Source of the DNA: Octopus vulgaris
Taxonomy: Eukaryota
Direction of reading: 5' to 3'
NCBI GenBank assembly: GCA_951406725.2
Contig: OX597816.1
Span: 49,414,001-49,478,000 of the forward strand
DNA length: 64,000 nucleotides
Position 1 is the stretch's first letter; the number at the start of each line of letters is the position of its first letter. The notes beneath the pieces were generated by a model. The model worked only from the letters and a program-made list of their open reading frames with translations, ran no database searches and was not told where the DNA came from. Made by a program: the position numbers and the translations under genes. This document shows positions 13,415 through 25,864 of this stretch, piece after piece.

Positions 13415-14177
13415 TAGAAAGATTATTAGCAGCTCATCAAGATGAAGTATTACGGACTAATTGGATAAAAGCCAAAATAGGGAGAAACTAAGAAGATTCC
13501 CAATTTAGATTATGCAAATCAGAAAAAGAATGAGTTCCTTATATAGTAAGTGAATGTAGCATGCTGGCACAGAAAGAATACAAGAAAAGACATCGCAATT
13601 TAGGGAGAGCAATCCACTGGGAGCTTTGTAAAAATCTAGGATTTGAACATTCTCATAAATGGTATGAACACGAATCTAGTAAAGTAATAGAAAGCAAGAC
13701 GTACAAGATGTTGTGGGCTTTAACGTTCAGACTGACAGAGGAGCAGAAGCTAGAATGCCTTATTTGGTAGTAGTAGATAAAGAGAATAGAAAGTGCCAGA
13801 AAATTGACTTTACAGTCCCAAATAATGAAAAGATTAATAAGAGAAGTATAGAAAAAATAGCAAAGTACAAGGATCTAGCTATCGAATTACAGAGACTATG
13901 GAAAGAGTGGGTAAAATGTATCCCAGTGGCTATAGATGCATTGGAAACTATCCCTAAAGATCTGAACATTTGGATAGAGGAAATAGTTATAAAACGCAGT
14001 TTAGTACAGCTCCATAAAACAGTGTTATTAGGCATAGCTAGGATGCTTAGGAGGGTTCTTGGCATATAAGGTTATTTGCTGTAATCCGATTGGAGGGTTC
14101 CTGGCATCTAAGGCAAGTTGTAGCCCGATGTTAGGATTCTTTTCTTTTCCAACAGTCTAATCTTTTGAATGTATATG
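13412..14177 (+). mobile_element. Dong/R4-like subfamily D, decayed 3' fragment (CCHC + RLE + 3'UTR)
   Basis: Frameshifted LLAAHQDEVLRTNW, EYKKRH..LGRAIHWELC, KYKDLAIELQRLW, ARMLRRVLGI; (TAA)n on both sides. Confidence 0.88.
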
Positions 14178-14184
14178 AATAATG

Positions 14185-14262
<78 letters not shown>

Positions 14263-14389
14263 GTGTTGATGAGGATGATGATAATATCAGCAGCTTTAGA
14301 GAACAAGAACAACAAGCACAACAACAACATCACCAACAGCAGCAACAACAACTACAACAACAACAATGATAATACAATTCTTTCCATTT

Positions 14390-14597
14390 AAGCATAAGGC
14401 CTAAAAGTTTTTAGGGATGTAGCTCGTCGATTATATTGACACCCAGTGCTTAGCTGGTAGTTATTTGATCTACCTCGATGGGATGACATGGAAAGTTGAT
14501 TTCGGCAGAATTTAACAAAACAGAACATGAAGGCGGACGAAACGTCGCTAAGTATTGTGTTCGGCTTACTAAGGATTTCGTCAGCTCACCGCCTTAG
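14390..14597 (-). mobile_element. tRNA-headed SINE family 3 (AAGGCGGYGAGCTGGCAGAA head), decayed
   Basis: Similar to 38980-39168, 52795-52910 and 56125-56280. Confidence 0.7.
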
Positions 14598-14739
14598 TGA
14601 CAATAATAATTGTCCTGAGCATTTGATCTTAGGAGTTACACTGACCTGTTGTATTGTCCAGAAGAAAGGGCGAGGAGTTATTTATGTTGTGTTAGGATTG
14701 TGTTGAATCAAGGGGAAAACATTTTACGGAAGTATGAAA

Positions 14740-15110
14740 AAATGCCATGGAAATATTTTTCGATATACGTGTTATTCGACATAGAATGTGACAAGATCGA
14801 CGAGTAAAAAGAAAAAGTGAACAACTATGATAAAAGTGGGAAACACGCAGTTAGTAAGAAATGAAGAGAGTGAACGTGATATCATCAGTGACAGGCGCGC
14901 TTGGAAATATCAGCGCGCAACTACCAACGTGGCTCCAAAAGATCGGAAGGAATGTAAAGATAGAATACCTGAAAATATTATCATTGCTTCAAACTGTAAG
15001 ATTTTTCCATGGAGTTCTTGAAGCGTGGCCAGTAAACAAGTGCCGCTTCACTCTGCTGGCTGTTGGCAGCTGACACTTTTCCCAGCTAAATAAACTGAGA
15101 GATTTAATGA
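14740..15110 (+). mobile_element. Dong/R4-like subfamily E, decayed 3' fragment
   Basis: EKVNNYD..VTGALG..LLQTVRFFHGVLEA RLE tail; followed by (TAA)-like tract; homologous to 39206-39512. Confidence 0.75.
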
Positions 15111-17394
15111 AATAATAATAATGATTATAATGATGAATATTGTGATAGCAACAGCAATAATGATAATGAGAAAAGAATAAATATATTCTAGAGAAAAAAA
15201 TACGTAAAACTGGCCAGTATGGATGTGAAAGATGAAGGAACAATAACATTTTTAGGCAAGCCTTTGAAGGATGTAATTATGAGAATGATAAAATTGACTT
15301 GAACAACTGATAAGCATTCCATTGGAGCCCGTTTGACACGCAATGGGTACGCTTATGGATAGTTATATTCACACACATATTACTATCTATAAGTGTATCC
15401 ACTGTGAAACAAAAAGGCTTGAAAGGAATATAATATCAGTTGTGCAAGTCAATATCATCATTATCATAAAAAAAAAAACAAGGGAGAATAAGTGAAAAAT
15501 TAAAAGGTTAAAACGTAAAAAGATGAAAATTACACAGATCTCATTGAAACGTGTTGTACTGTTAAGTAAAGAAGCAACTTATTCATTAGTAACAAGTTAT
15601 ATAAACTCTTGTATCAAAAGCGCATGAGTTAATAATATAACAAGCTTAATCAAAGACATGAAGGAAGGCAATTATAAAGGATTATAGTGCATCAAAAGTG
15701 ATAGTATCCGATATAATTTCAAGCCGTAAAGTGAAAAATTCTTGAACAAGCATCGATACTAGTACAACACCTGCTTTGATAGGATAATAAGAAAACTACA
15801 TAGATATGGGACTGAACTTTGGATAACGATGGAATGTAATATAAAAAGGATTAAGGAAGATGTGAATTAAAACAAAGAGAAGAAATAAGGCAAAATGTTG
15901 TAACCTAAAGGTAGATAGGAAAGCGTGAGACAATGTGCTAATGACGGATAGATGTGATGAGGTGAAATACATCACTGGTCTTAAGATATATTATGTGAAA
16001 ATGGAAAATGTGTATGAGGCTGCAAACAAAGCCGAAACAATGACGATAATAGATTTCAGAATAGATAGGTCAGTGATACAAGATCAAAAGGTATATATAG
16101 ACGTGGCTATTTCTATTAACTCAGAAAGCCGTAAAATCAGAAACCAATACGCCGTTACGTCGAAAATGAAATGAGTTGTGTGAAAGATTAGTGGTTTAAA
16201 TATTACTAATGAATATCACCTGACAACGTTAATAAAATTAAGTTTTAGTGTTAAAGTTAAAATCGCTCCTATATGGAATGTGCTCAGGGAAAATCTGCAT
16301 GATCTCTAAAAAGAAGTTATGAAACTTTCTACTAAATGCTAAATTCTACAACGGTAAGGAAGGATTAGCAAATCAGCTAACGCTATACAAGTGAAAAATA
16401 TATAAGTTCAATAATTCGTAAAAAAATGATTTGACAAATATAGAAGTTACAGGTATATAAAATAGGACAATACAATACTGTGTATTTTATCTGTATTTCA
16501 ATAGAAGCATATAAAACTACGACGCAGAAATAGGAGGGAAAAGACTATAAGGGTATAATACATTTCGATATAATATACCAAAGCTTGGAGATATATAAAT
16601 ATATAAACTGAAAATATATACAACCATAGCTATAAAAAACATATCTTACAGTTATGTAAGATATACGATTTTAAAAATATTTAGAAATATTCAAATATAG
16701 ATATTTAAAATAAAAACAATTTTAAAATATGTCAAAAATAAAAACGAAAATATCAGAATAATACCACAAAGATAAGTCTTAGTACGATAAGAGCTTCATT
16801 TATGCGCGGGAATAGAAATATATCTATATGACGAATAATAATAAAGTCTATGTGGTATAAATGATTACGCTACCATTAGCAGATGGAATATCGAACCAAG
16901 AGTTTATGAGTTTATCCCCCGTGTGTTGGAGCAGGTCGAATGTCGTTGGTCACTACTCATATTAATTACATTAATCATTTGTGGCTGAAGATAAAAGGGT
17001 TCTGTCCTAAAGCATGAATATAGAGGATTAAAAAACCTCGGCTAAAGAAGGGGTGCTAAAACTCTTATTTATGATCCCATAAAATGACTACGTTATGTTT
17101 GTTTACTAGATGACACTATCGATTTTCAATTCAAGAACTCACTACCCCTGACATCCATGTAGGAAAATACGGTTCTGGTTATTTCGTTTTGTGCGATAAA
17201 CAAAAATATGATTATTTGTGTTGTGTTTCACTGAGTGTAGGGGCGAGGTGGAGTTGGTAATTACCGAGCGGTAATGTGTAAATATTTACAGTACTATTTC
17301 TAATATAATAGTACTTTCATAATGCACAGAAAAGCCTAATCACTCCATTTTCTCACTCTTTCTCTCCTTCCCTCTGTATGTATATATATATATA

Positions 17395-17578
17395 GGGAGA
17401 ATTCACGAAAAAAACAAAAGACGAAGACAGGTGGTGTAGAAAACAAACAGATTTATTAGTATAACGGTCCGGAATTGAAAAAAGTTTTTAACGTTTCGAG
17501 CCTACACTCTTCCACAGAAAGGAACACAGAAAGAAACAAGGAGAGAAAAAATGAGAATAGTGGCTAGATATCGATATA
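17395..17578 (-). mobile_element. Penelope-like / retrozyme-like short element with decayed hammerhead
   Basis: Flanked by (TA)n; related to 63150-63412; hammerhead-like motif at 17485-17522. Confidence 0.6.
17485..17522 (-). ncRNA. Degenerate minimal type I hammerhead ribozyme
   Basis: CCTTT-CTGTGGA-A-GAGT GTAG GCTC-GAAA-CGTTA-AAA; core A6 is mutated. Confidence 0.5.
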
Positions 17579-19028
17579 TATATCTATGTGTGTGTGTGTG
17601 TATAATACATACACATATATGTGCATATGTACACATGTATACGTGTGTCGAAGTCAGCGTATGTGAAACAGATATTTTGATCAAGTGTAGCAGATAATCA
17701 ATAACGATAAAAAGAAAGAAACTACATTGTTACGAAACGAAAAAATCTAATTCGAGATTATCGTCTTCCCACATGATGGCCCAAATTTACATAGCTATAC
17801 GCATTGTCAACAGAAGTCAAATGTCGTAACATCTGACCATATTGTAACAAGACTAAAATTAATTATGTCTGTCTTTTACACACACACACATACACACACA
17901 CAAACACACACACAAACACACACACAAACACACACACAAACACACACACATATATACATACATATGTATAAATAAGTAAGTATATTGGTATATATTCTTT
18001 ATAGATATACATGCAAGTATATCGCTCGTGTATATATATACTTAGTTTTATCAGTGGGAAAAAATGATCAGCTCCTTTTGGTAGAACTGTCAAACACGTA
18101 ACAATTTTTAACCTGTGGGTGGATTTGCGGTAAAGGTTACTTGATGCGATGGTTATTAAATCCGTTTCCAAATCTGGGAGTAGACAGTAACAGGCATTGA
18201 AAAGTTAAGGAGAAATGAATGAGGTAAAGAGAAATGAAAAAGAAAAAATGTACAAAAATAGACTGAAGTATTTCTATGATGGAATATAAGTAATAGCTTA
18301 GGAACGAAACGTAAGTGGTGTGTGTATATATATGTTATAAAAAGAGAAGAATAAAGATAGAGTATTGATAGGTAGGAAATAACAATTAGACAGATACTAG
18401 ATATCAGAATAAGCTTGTACGAAACTATCAATAACAAGTTAGTTCTAAATGCAAGCCTCTATTTAGGGCCCGGTCAAACTTAAGTGGATATAAATCAATG
18501 CAATAATCGCTGAAATAATCCCTCTGATAAATTTATAAAGTAATATAAAGATATATGGTAACCATAGATAAATAAATGAAAGGCGGTTAACTTTGTGCAT
18601 TGACTCTAACAATAATGTGAAAATGAAGATATCTATTCAAATAAAGATTGCATATATTTTAACGTGTAGGAGAAAGGCTATAGTAATCATTATATATATA
18701 TGCATATATACTCACGCATAAATACATACACATATTTGTACTCAGACACGCACAGCAGGATAGACACTCTGTCCACACGCATACCTATGCTGCGTGCCCG
18801 TGGAATTGTGCACAGTTCGAATGGATTAGGTAAAAATCTCATGCAATAGGAATAATTTGTAAAGATTTGTGGAAATGTATGAGGCAGTAGGAATACTGAT
18901 AACAAAGAACATTACGGAAATGTATAATATTATTGCATAAAAATCCTCTTACCAATCAAATATTTTCTGACGCTAGAAATATATTCGTGTGGATCTATGG
19001 AAGTAAATACTTATATCAAGAATACTAA

Positions 19029-19385
19029 TCTATATATATAAAACCGAGAATGCGTGTGTGTCTGTCTGTGTTAATCCCTAAAACACAACCAATTTCATTC
19101 AAATTTTACACATACCTTACTTTGGGTCCATGTAGTGTCATGGGCAAAAAATGTCTAACTTCTTGCCTAGGGCGAGCCCATAGTAATATCATATCTTCTC
19201 CACTATGTCAGTATTACGTGTTAAAATTGAAACAAAAAGATCTCTTTATTGTAATGTCAGATACATTCTCTTTAATACTGAAACTATTAAAGTAAAACTA
19301 TTATATAAGAGGGATGACCCATTAATATTGGACATCCATTTTGCTAGAAGAAGATCTGCTATTGTCTTATATGCTACACCACTAG
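19029..19385 (+). mobile_element. Non-autonomous Helitron-like element
   Basis: A|TCTATATATATAAAA start and CTAG|T end; the subterminal hairpin is not evident. Confidence 0.55.
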
Positions 19386-19718
19386 TTTTCAATTCATATT
19401 AATCAAATTAATATTCAATTTCTCACCCTTATTATTTTAAATTTAAATTTAAACCCAGGACTATGTGTTTTGGAACGAAGTTTGTTACCACGAAGCCACA
19501 TCTTCACCTATGTATGTGTGTGTATGTGTGTATAGCTGTATATGTATACATTTATTTCTATACATATAGATGTATATGTATACATGTATATGTGTAGATG
19601 TATATATATATATATATATATAGATGTACATGAAATATGTACACATATATATTAACATATATTCATGCATACATATATACACCCATACACACACACACAC
19701 ACACATACATAGGTGCAC

Positions 19719-20556
19719 GTGTGGCTGTGTGGTAACAAACTTCGTTCCAAAACATATGGTCCTGGGTTCAGTCCCACTGTGTGGTGACTTCGCATGTGCC
19801 TTCTGCTATAGCCTCAGGCCAACCAAAGCCTTGTCAGTGGATTTTGTAGACAGAAACTGAAAGAAATCAATCGTATATATATATATATATATAAGTAATA
19901 AGCGAGGGACCACATGTGGTCCCTCTAACGCAAGAAATAGATCCGCAAAGGGAATCCACCACTAAAGAATTGTTCTCAAGCATTAATTCAACACGCCAAG
20001 AATGAAAGCGGGCAGGACAAATGAAAAATAACGAAAAAATAGTTTAACTATTGAATTAATTCTTGAGAACAATTCTTTAGTGGTGGATTCCCTTTGCGGA
20101 TCTATTTCTAGCGTTAGAGTGACCACATGTGGTGTCTCTCTTATTACTTGTATTAATAATTTTTACTGTATCACATTTTCTTTACGCTAGGCCACTTGGT
20201 GTTTTAAATTGATGTTATCAATTAATATTCAATTTCTTTCACCCTTATTGTGATTTTAATTATGAATTAATATGTTCTCAAACCGGCAGTAAATTACTGG
20301 GGTAGTATTACATCCGGTATTTTCAACGCGCCAAAAATGTGGATATTTGAACGTAACTACAAATATAATCGGCTGTGCCGTTCGCATTTGCTCGGCTTCG
20401 TATGGATTTTGGCGTTCGGTTCAGCAAATTATATTTTTTATATACTCTACTGAGGATTCGAAAATTATTTTGACTGTATCACAGTTTTTACGCTAGGCCA
20501 CTTGGTGTTTTAAATTGATGATATTAATTAATATTCAATTTTTTTCACCCTTATTG

Positions 20557-20614
<58 letters not shown>

Positions 20615-20750
20615 AAGTCTTATGTGTTTATTTACATCCCCATAACTTACTGGTTTATCAAAATACCAGACTTATCAAAATATAAAAAAAAACCACTAGG
20701 TAGTATCTCATATTTTCGTTTGCCCACACAATTTATCTTTGAGTGTGTGT

Positions 20751-20833
<83 letters not shown>

Positions 20834-21045
20834 TACGTCTGTGTGACTGTGCTCGTGCTTGTCTCCCCTTACAGACTGCAACAGATATTTTCCCGTAACT
20901 TAGTAACAAGTAACAAGCGATAGAATAAGTATCTAGCTTAGAAAAAGTACTAGGGCCGGCTCATTCGACTAAAAACTCTTTCATGCAATGCTCTAGCATG
21001 TTTGCAGTCTAATGATTGAAATGAAGTAAAGATAAAAGGTAAAAT
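19719..21045 (+). mobile_element. Old SINE family 1 copy split at its internal microsatellite (5' half 19719-19875, 3' half ~20835-21045)
   Basis: Both halves align to SINE family 1 in the same orientation and in order. Confidence 0.7.
19889..20558. mobile_element. Penelope-like remnant: ~100-bp inverted repeat plus ~90-bp direct repeat
   Basis: IR arms 19889-19991 and 20051-20153; DR 20160-20250 and 20467-20558; CTGAGGATTCGAAA at ~20450; (TA)n on both sides. Confidence 0.6.
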
Positions 21046-21048
21046 ATA

Positions 21049-21242
21049 TACGAGGGGCGCTGACATATTCCTAGCTTTGGGTAAAAGAAAATACAAGCAG
21101 TTCAGTGAATTATGTTTTTATTCAACATAACCCCTCTCCGATTCACATACTTGTTGCAGCGGCCTTTAAATTTTTCTAATCCATGTAGAAGAAGTCGGAA
21201 GTTTGGGCTTCCAGCTAGGCTTTTCATAACACCCTTTTCATA
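21049..21242 (-). mobile_element. mariner-derived MITE
   Basis: TACGAGGGG..CCTAGCT degenerate TIRs; minus remnant GLEKFKGRCNKYVNRRG is the mariner C-terminus. Confidence 0.65.
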
Positions 21243-23500
21243 ACAAGTCAACAACCTTTCAGCATACGCTCGTACATATTTGCAGTAAATGTAATTGAAA
21301 CAATACACAGCAAACTTTACATTCAACTAAGTATGCATCTGATTCTGTATACAAAGAGCAAAGACTCTTACGTATTAGTGTGATATACCTAAATTTAAGC
21401 GAGGAAATAATCAAATCATTTGGATACTTCAACCCCCAAGTAATGAGTATGACACTTTACAGTTAAAGATAACAAAATAATGTTTTCTTGTAAGGCGTAC
21501 AATTAAAATCCGTTCCTATTAGAGAATTGTTACAATGTTGTGTGGGATTAATATTATTTTTTCTATGAACAAGAATTTCCGACTGATAACAAGTTTGTAA
21601 ATAATGCGATTATAATTTATACAATGAAATGCATCAAAATAGAACAAACGAAATTATTTTCAATGGAATTGTGTACAGAAATACAACGGAATTAAAGTTA
21701 GATATCATAGTATTAAATATCGCAAACTTGATTTACATACAAATGAAAAAACTTACAAAAGTGTGTCACAGATACTAGGTGTGGTTTATAAAGAAAACTT
21801 GTAAAGTAATACATCGAATAATCTCGGAACAATGCTGAGGCTAATTCAGATTCTCAGGTTGGTAAAAAATCACCTGCTGATAAATCAACGCAAGCAACCT
21901 AACACATTTAATCAATACAACGTTTTTATTAGAACGTGTAGATAGCAGGTCCATTGTTAAATAATGTAATATAGAGAGGAGACTCTCACAAACCCTTGTA
22001 AATATGAGTAAAATCTTAAATTAATAAGGACAAGTATTGAAAATTACCTAGTGTAGAAGTGTTGCTTAATAGATAATCAGAGACATCACTCTGTTGTCAC
22101 CGAGGGGTATTTCTTTTGCAGAAATGCATAGCATGAAGTCTCCTAAAATTTCAAATGAAACTGTTCCGTTTATTTAAATCATTTTCACTATCCCTCTTGT
22201 CTTACCCCAAGCAAATTGTGGTGCAATCTTATCCTTTTATTATCAGCGTAACTTTCTAAGAACTACAAAAAAAACAAAAACAAAGATGTTAGCTTTTGGT
22301 ACTCTATCTACCCACGAGGGTTCGACATAATCTGGAAGACTGCAAGTGGCTAGAATATCTAAGTAACAGCTGAGTGAATCATCAGCAGTATCATTAAAAG
22401 TCTAAAGTCTACAAAAGCAGTCAAAGAAATCTAGGGCGCTATAAAACATCATATGGGAAAATAATTGGTGTGCTTAATCTTCCCGAGTCAATACTAGATA
22501 TAAGATATTTCTTATATGTAGATATTTTCATGAGTCGCAATGAATTTCATTAGCGAGAAGCATGTCTCCGTATTTCCATTTGGTCTAAATACAAGTTTTC
22601 TTTCATATGAAAATAATAATTTACGAGCAAAAATATTCATGCAATATGAAAATGTAATCTCTTTTCGACAACACATTCAATAAAAATTAAAATAAGTTGT
22701 CTAAATTATGCAGATTGTAAGTGAACATTTCGCAGGTACTAAAAATTCCGCCCAATCATATTCAAGCAAAACTTATTTGTCTATCTTAAATGGAAATTAG
22801 ATTTGGCTCGAATTGGAAATAATTGAAATGCATCACCACAGCATTGTTGTTCTGACAACTGATTATCAACGTCTCATTTAGGATTTCTCTACATATGTAT
22901 TAACATCAGGATGTTGTTTACGTCAATGCTAATCTCATTTCTTGAAACACAAAAAATATCTCGTTTGTGTCTGATGGCTGATGAATTTTTCTCAAAAATT
23001 ATTTCTTAAAGAGGGGGAACAAAAAAAAGAATAATAAATAAATAAATAAATAAAAGATATGATGAAATAAAAATTCACGTACACAAATCTTCAAGATGAA
23101 CAATTTTATATCTAAAATACCAGAAGCAATATTCTTTATGGACAGTCTTCGCTAACATCAATCTTTTGAATAAAATTATTTCATTGATTCACCGAAATCC
23201 AGTTTTGCATTTAGTAAAGTTAGTTATAATAAATGAAACGCCCTTATTTTCTTTATAACTAACATTACCTAAAATGAAATTGTGACGTCTGACGTCTGTT
23301 TACGTTAAACAGTGCGTAAACAATTGTAAGTTTGTGAGAGTATTTCTTATTCCATTGTCATTTCAGTTTCTTATTACTACCCTATATTCAACTGGCGTTT
23401 TGTTCTAAATTATATGTATTCTGAGTTTTAGCATCAGGTTATTCTTATCTCTTTGCCTTGGCGAAATAATAATAATAACAACAACAATAATAATAATAAC

Positions 23501-23553
<53 letters not shown>

Positions 23554-23571
23554 TAATAATAATAATAGTAA

Positions 23572-25223
23572 TTTTCTGCTTGGCACTGTCACCTCTATCT
23601 GATATGATAAATAGAACTGGACGCGGATATAAATGTTACGGCAAAATATCAGCCACCTTTTATATATGGATGACCTAAAACTATACGCTGCAAATGACAA
23701 ACAGTTGGAAGCACTATTAAAGACAGTTCATGGATTTACCAAAGAAATAGATATGAAATTTGGATTAGAAAAATGCGCCAAAGTAACCATGAAAAGAGGA
23801 AAACTAGTTAAGAGTAACAACATCACACTAGATAAAACCAATGAAATAAAAGAATTAGACCAAAGCCAAACTTACAAATACTTAGGAATCCATGAACTAG
23901 ATAAGACACAACACACACAAATGAAAGAGAAAATAAAAAAAGAATATTATAGACGAGTTAGATCAATACTAAAAACAGAGCTCAATGCTAAAAACAAGAT
24001 AATAGGTATCAACACTTTAGCTGTCCCAGTTATAAGTTACAGCTACAATATCCTTAACTGGACACGAAATGAACTGTCCAAAATAGATAGGAAAACAAGA
24101 AAAATACTGACAGGATCTAGGATGCATCACCCAAAATCTGACATAGAAAGACTATATATACAACGTATAGAAGGTGGTAGAGGCCTTATACAGCTTGAAA
24201 ACTACTATAAAATAACCACCATAGGACTGCAAAAATATCTACTTCAGAAGGAAGGAAAACTGATCCAGATAGCAGCAAAACACGAGCAAAACAAAAAACT
24301 GTTCTCAGTATTTAAGGAAGCTGACAAATACAAACAAGAAATCATACCACCTAATAAACACGAAGAAGAAGAAGAAGATGATGAAGAAACAACAAAAGCT
24401 ATAAAACAAATGAAATCCAAACTAAAAATAGAACAGCAACGAACCATGATAAAACGATGGCAAGAAAAGCCCCTTCATGGTAAATACTGCACTAAACTAA
24501 ACGCAAAAGAAATAGACAAAGAAAAATCCCAGCAATGGTTGAGAAGCTCAGGACTCAAAGCAGAAATAGAGGGATTTTTAATTGCAGCACAAGACCAAAG
24601 CCTCCCCACCAGAAATTATTAAAAACATGTAATGAAAAGAAATATTACAAGTAACTGCAGAATATGTGGAGATGGACAAGAAACAATAAATCATATTATC
24701 TCTAGCTGCCCAGTCCTGGCTAAGAAGGAATATATTCACAGACATGACAGAGTTGGAACCTATATACATTGGAAGCTATGCCAACATTATGGAATAACAA
24801 CAGAAAAAAGATGGTATAGGCACACACCAGAAAAGGTCACAGAAAACGAGAAAGCAACCATACTCTGGGATATGCCGATACACACAGATAGAGAAATTAA
24901 GGCCAACAGACCAGATATAGTTGTCAGAGATCATGAAGAAAAAAATGCTTTCTAATTGATGTATCAATACCGGCAGATGACAACGTGTCTCTAAAAAAAT
25001 GGAGAAACTCTCAAAATACAAAGACCTGGAAATAGAGGTAACTAGAATGTGGAATCTGAAAACAGAAACAATTCCTATCATAGTAGGTGCATTAGGCATG
25101 ATAAAAAAATATTCAGACAAATACATAACAAAAACACCAGGACTTACAAACACATATAACATACAGAAAATTGCACTACTAGGCACTGCACACATCCTAC
25201 GCAGAATACTTTCCATACAATAA
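23572..25223 (+). pseudogene. RT-RLE pseudo-ORF
   Basis: Frameshift near 23640, premature stop 24620-24622, frameshifts in A-runs near 24945 and 24995. Confidence 0.85.
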
Positions 25224-25322
25224 CCATCAGAGCATCACAACAAATTACAGCACATACCCAAGGCACACAGAGCTGCGCTCGGTAGTGAAGTGAAAGCACG
25301 CTATAAAAATAAAACTACTGAA
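23572..25322 (+). mobile_element. Dong/R4-like subfamily A, 1.75-kb 5'-truncated copy in (TAA)n
   Basis: FCLALSPLS..HLLYMDDLKLYA..AAQDQSL..CRICG..HIISSC..RHD..NRPDIV..KYKDLEIE; (TAA)n on both sides. Confidence 0.95.
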
Positions 25323-25324
25323 CA

Positions 25325-25391
<67 letters not shown>

Positions 25392-25411
25392 TAGTAATAA
25401 TAATAATCATA

Positions 25412-25773
25412 AATGCCCTGGTGCAATACCAGGCACTGACTCTCATGGCTTCTCATCTTAAACTGATTAGATGTGTTATCATGTACATGTTTTTCTTCGT
25501 ATAAAAGATGGGCTACAGTAAATATTCTGCTTAGTTCCACAGATTTGCTTGTCAGTTGTTTAACCATGACTAGTTGAGCATTCCCTTAGTGTCTGAAGAT
25601 ATGTGCATCTCTAATCACAAGGAGAAGCAGTGGGGGGCATCATAGCCATATGTTCAGAGGGATTCTTTAGAGTTTGAATATTTTACCTCAGGAGACATCG
25701 ATGTTTCATTCAACATCCTTAAACAACAGTTTATTCAAGGACTTTTGGAGGGGAATGGGCTACTCGACATGAA
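25412..25773 (+). mobile_element. Non-coding (TAA)n-embedded element, copy 3
   Basis: Begins AATGCCCTGGTGCAATACCAGGCA directly after the (TAA)n tail of Dong-A; reverse complement of 28565-28925. Confidence 0.85.
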
Positions 25774-25800
25774 ACTACTTACCACACAGCCACTCCTGCG

Positions 25801-25864
<64 letters not shown>

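Noticed and set aside
15300-17150. Possible decayed integrase-type (Ginger-like) transposon
   Set aside because: Only vague purine-rich coding-like remnants; no catalytic motif or termini could be read
25413-25436. Terminal hairpin CCTGG-TGCA(A/G)TA-CCAGG resembling U2 snRNA stem-loop IV, or an HDV-like ribozyme start
   Set aside because: The match is too short and I could not build a full HDV double pseudoknot by eye
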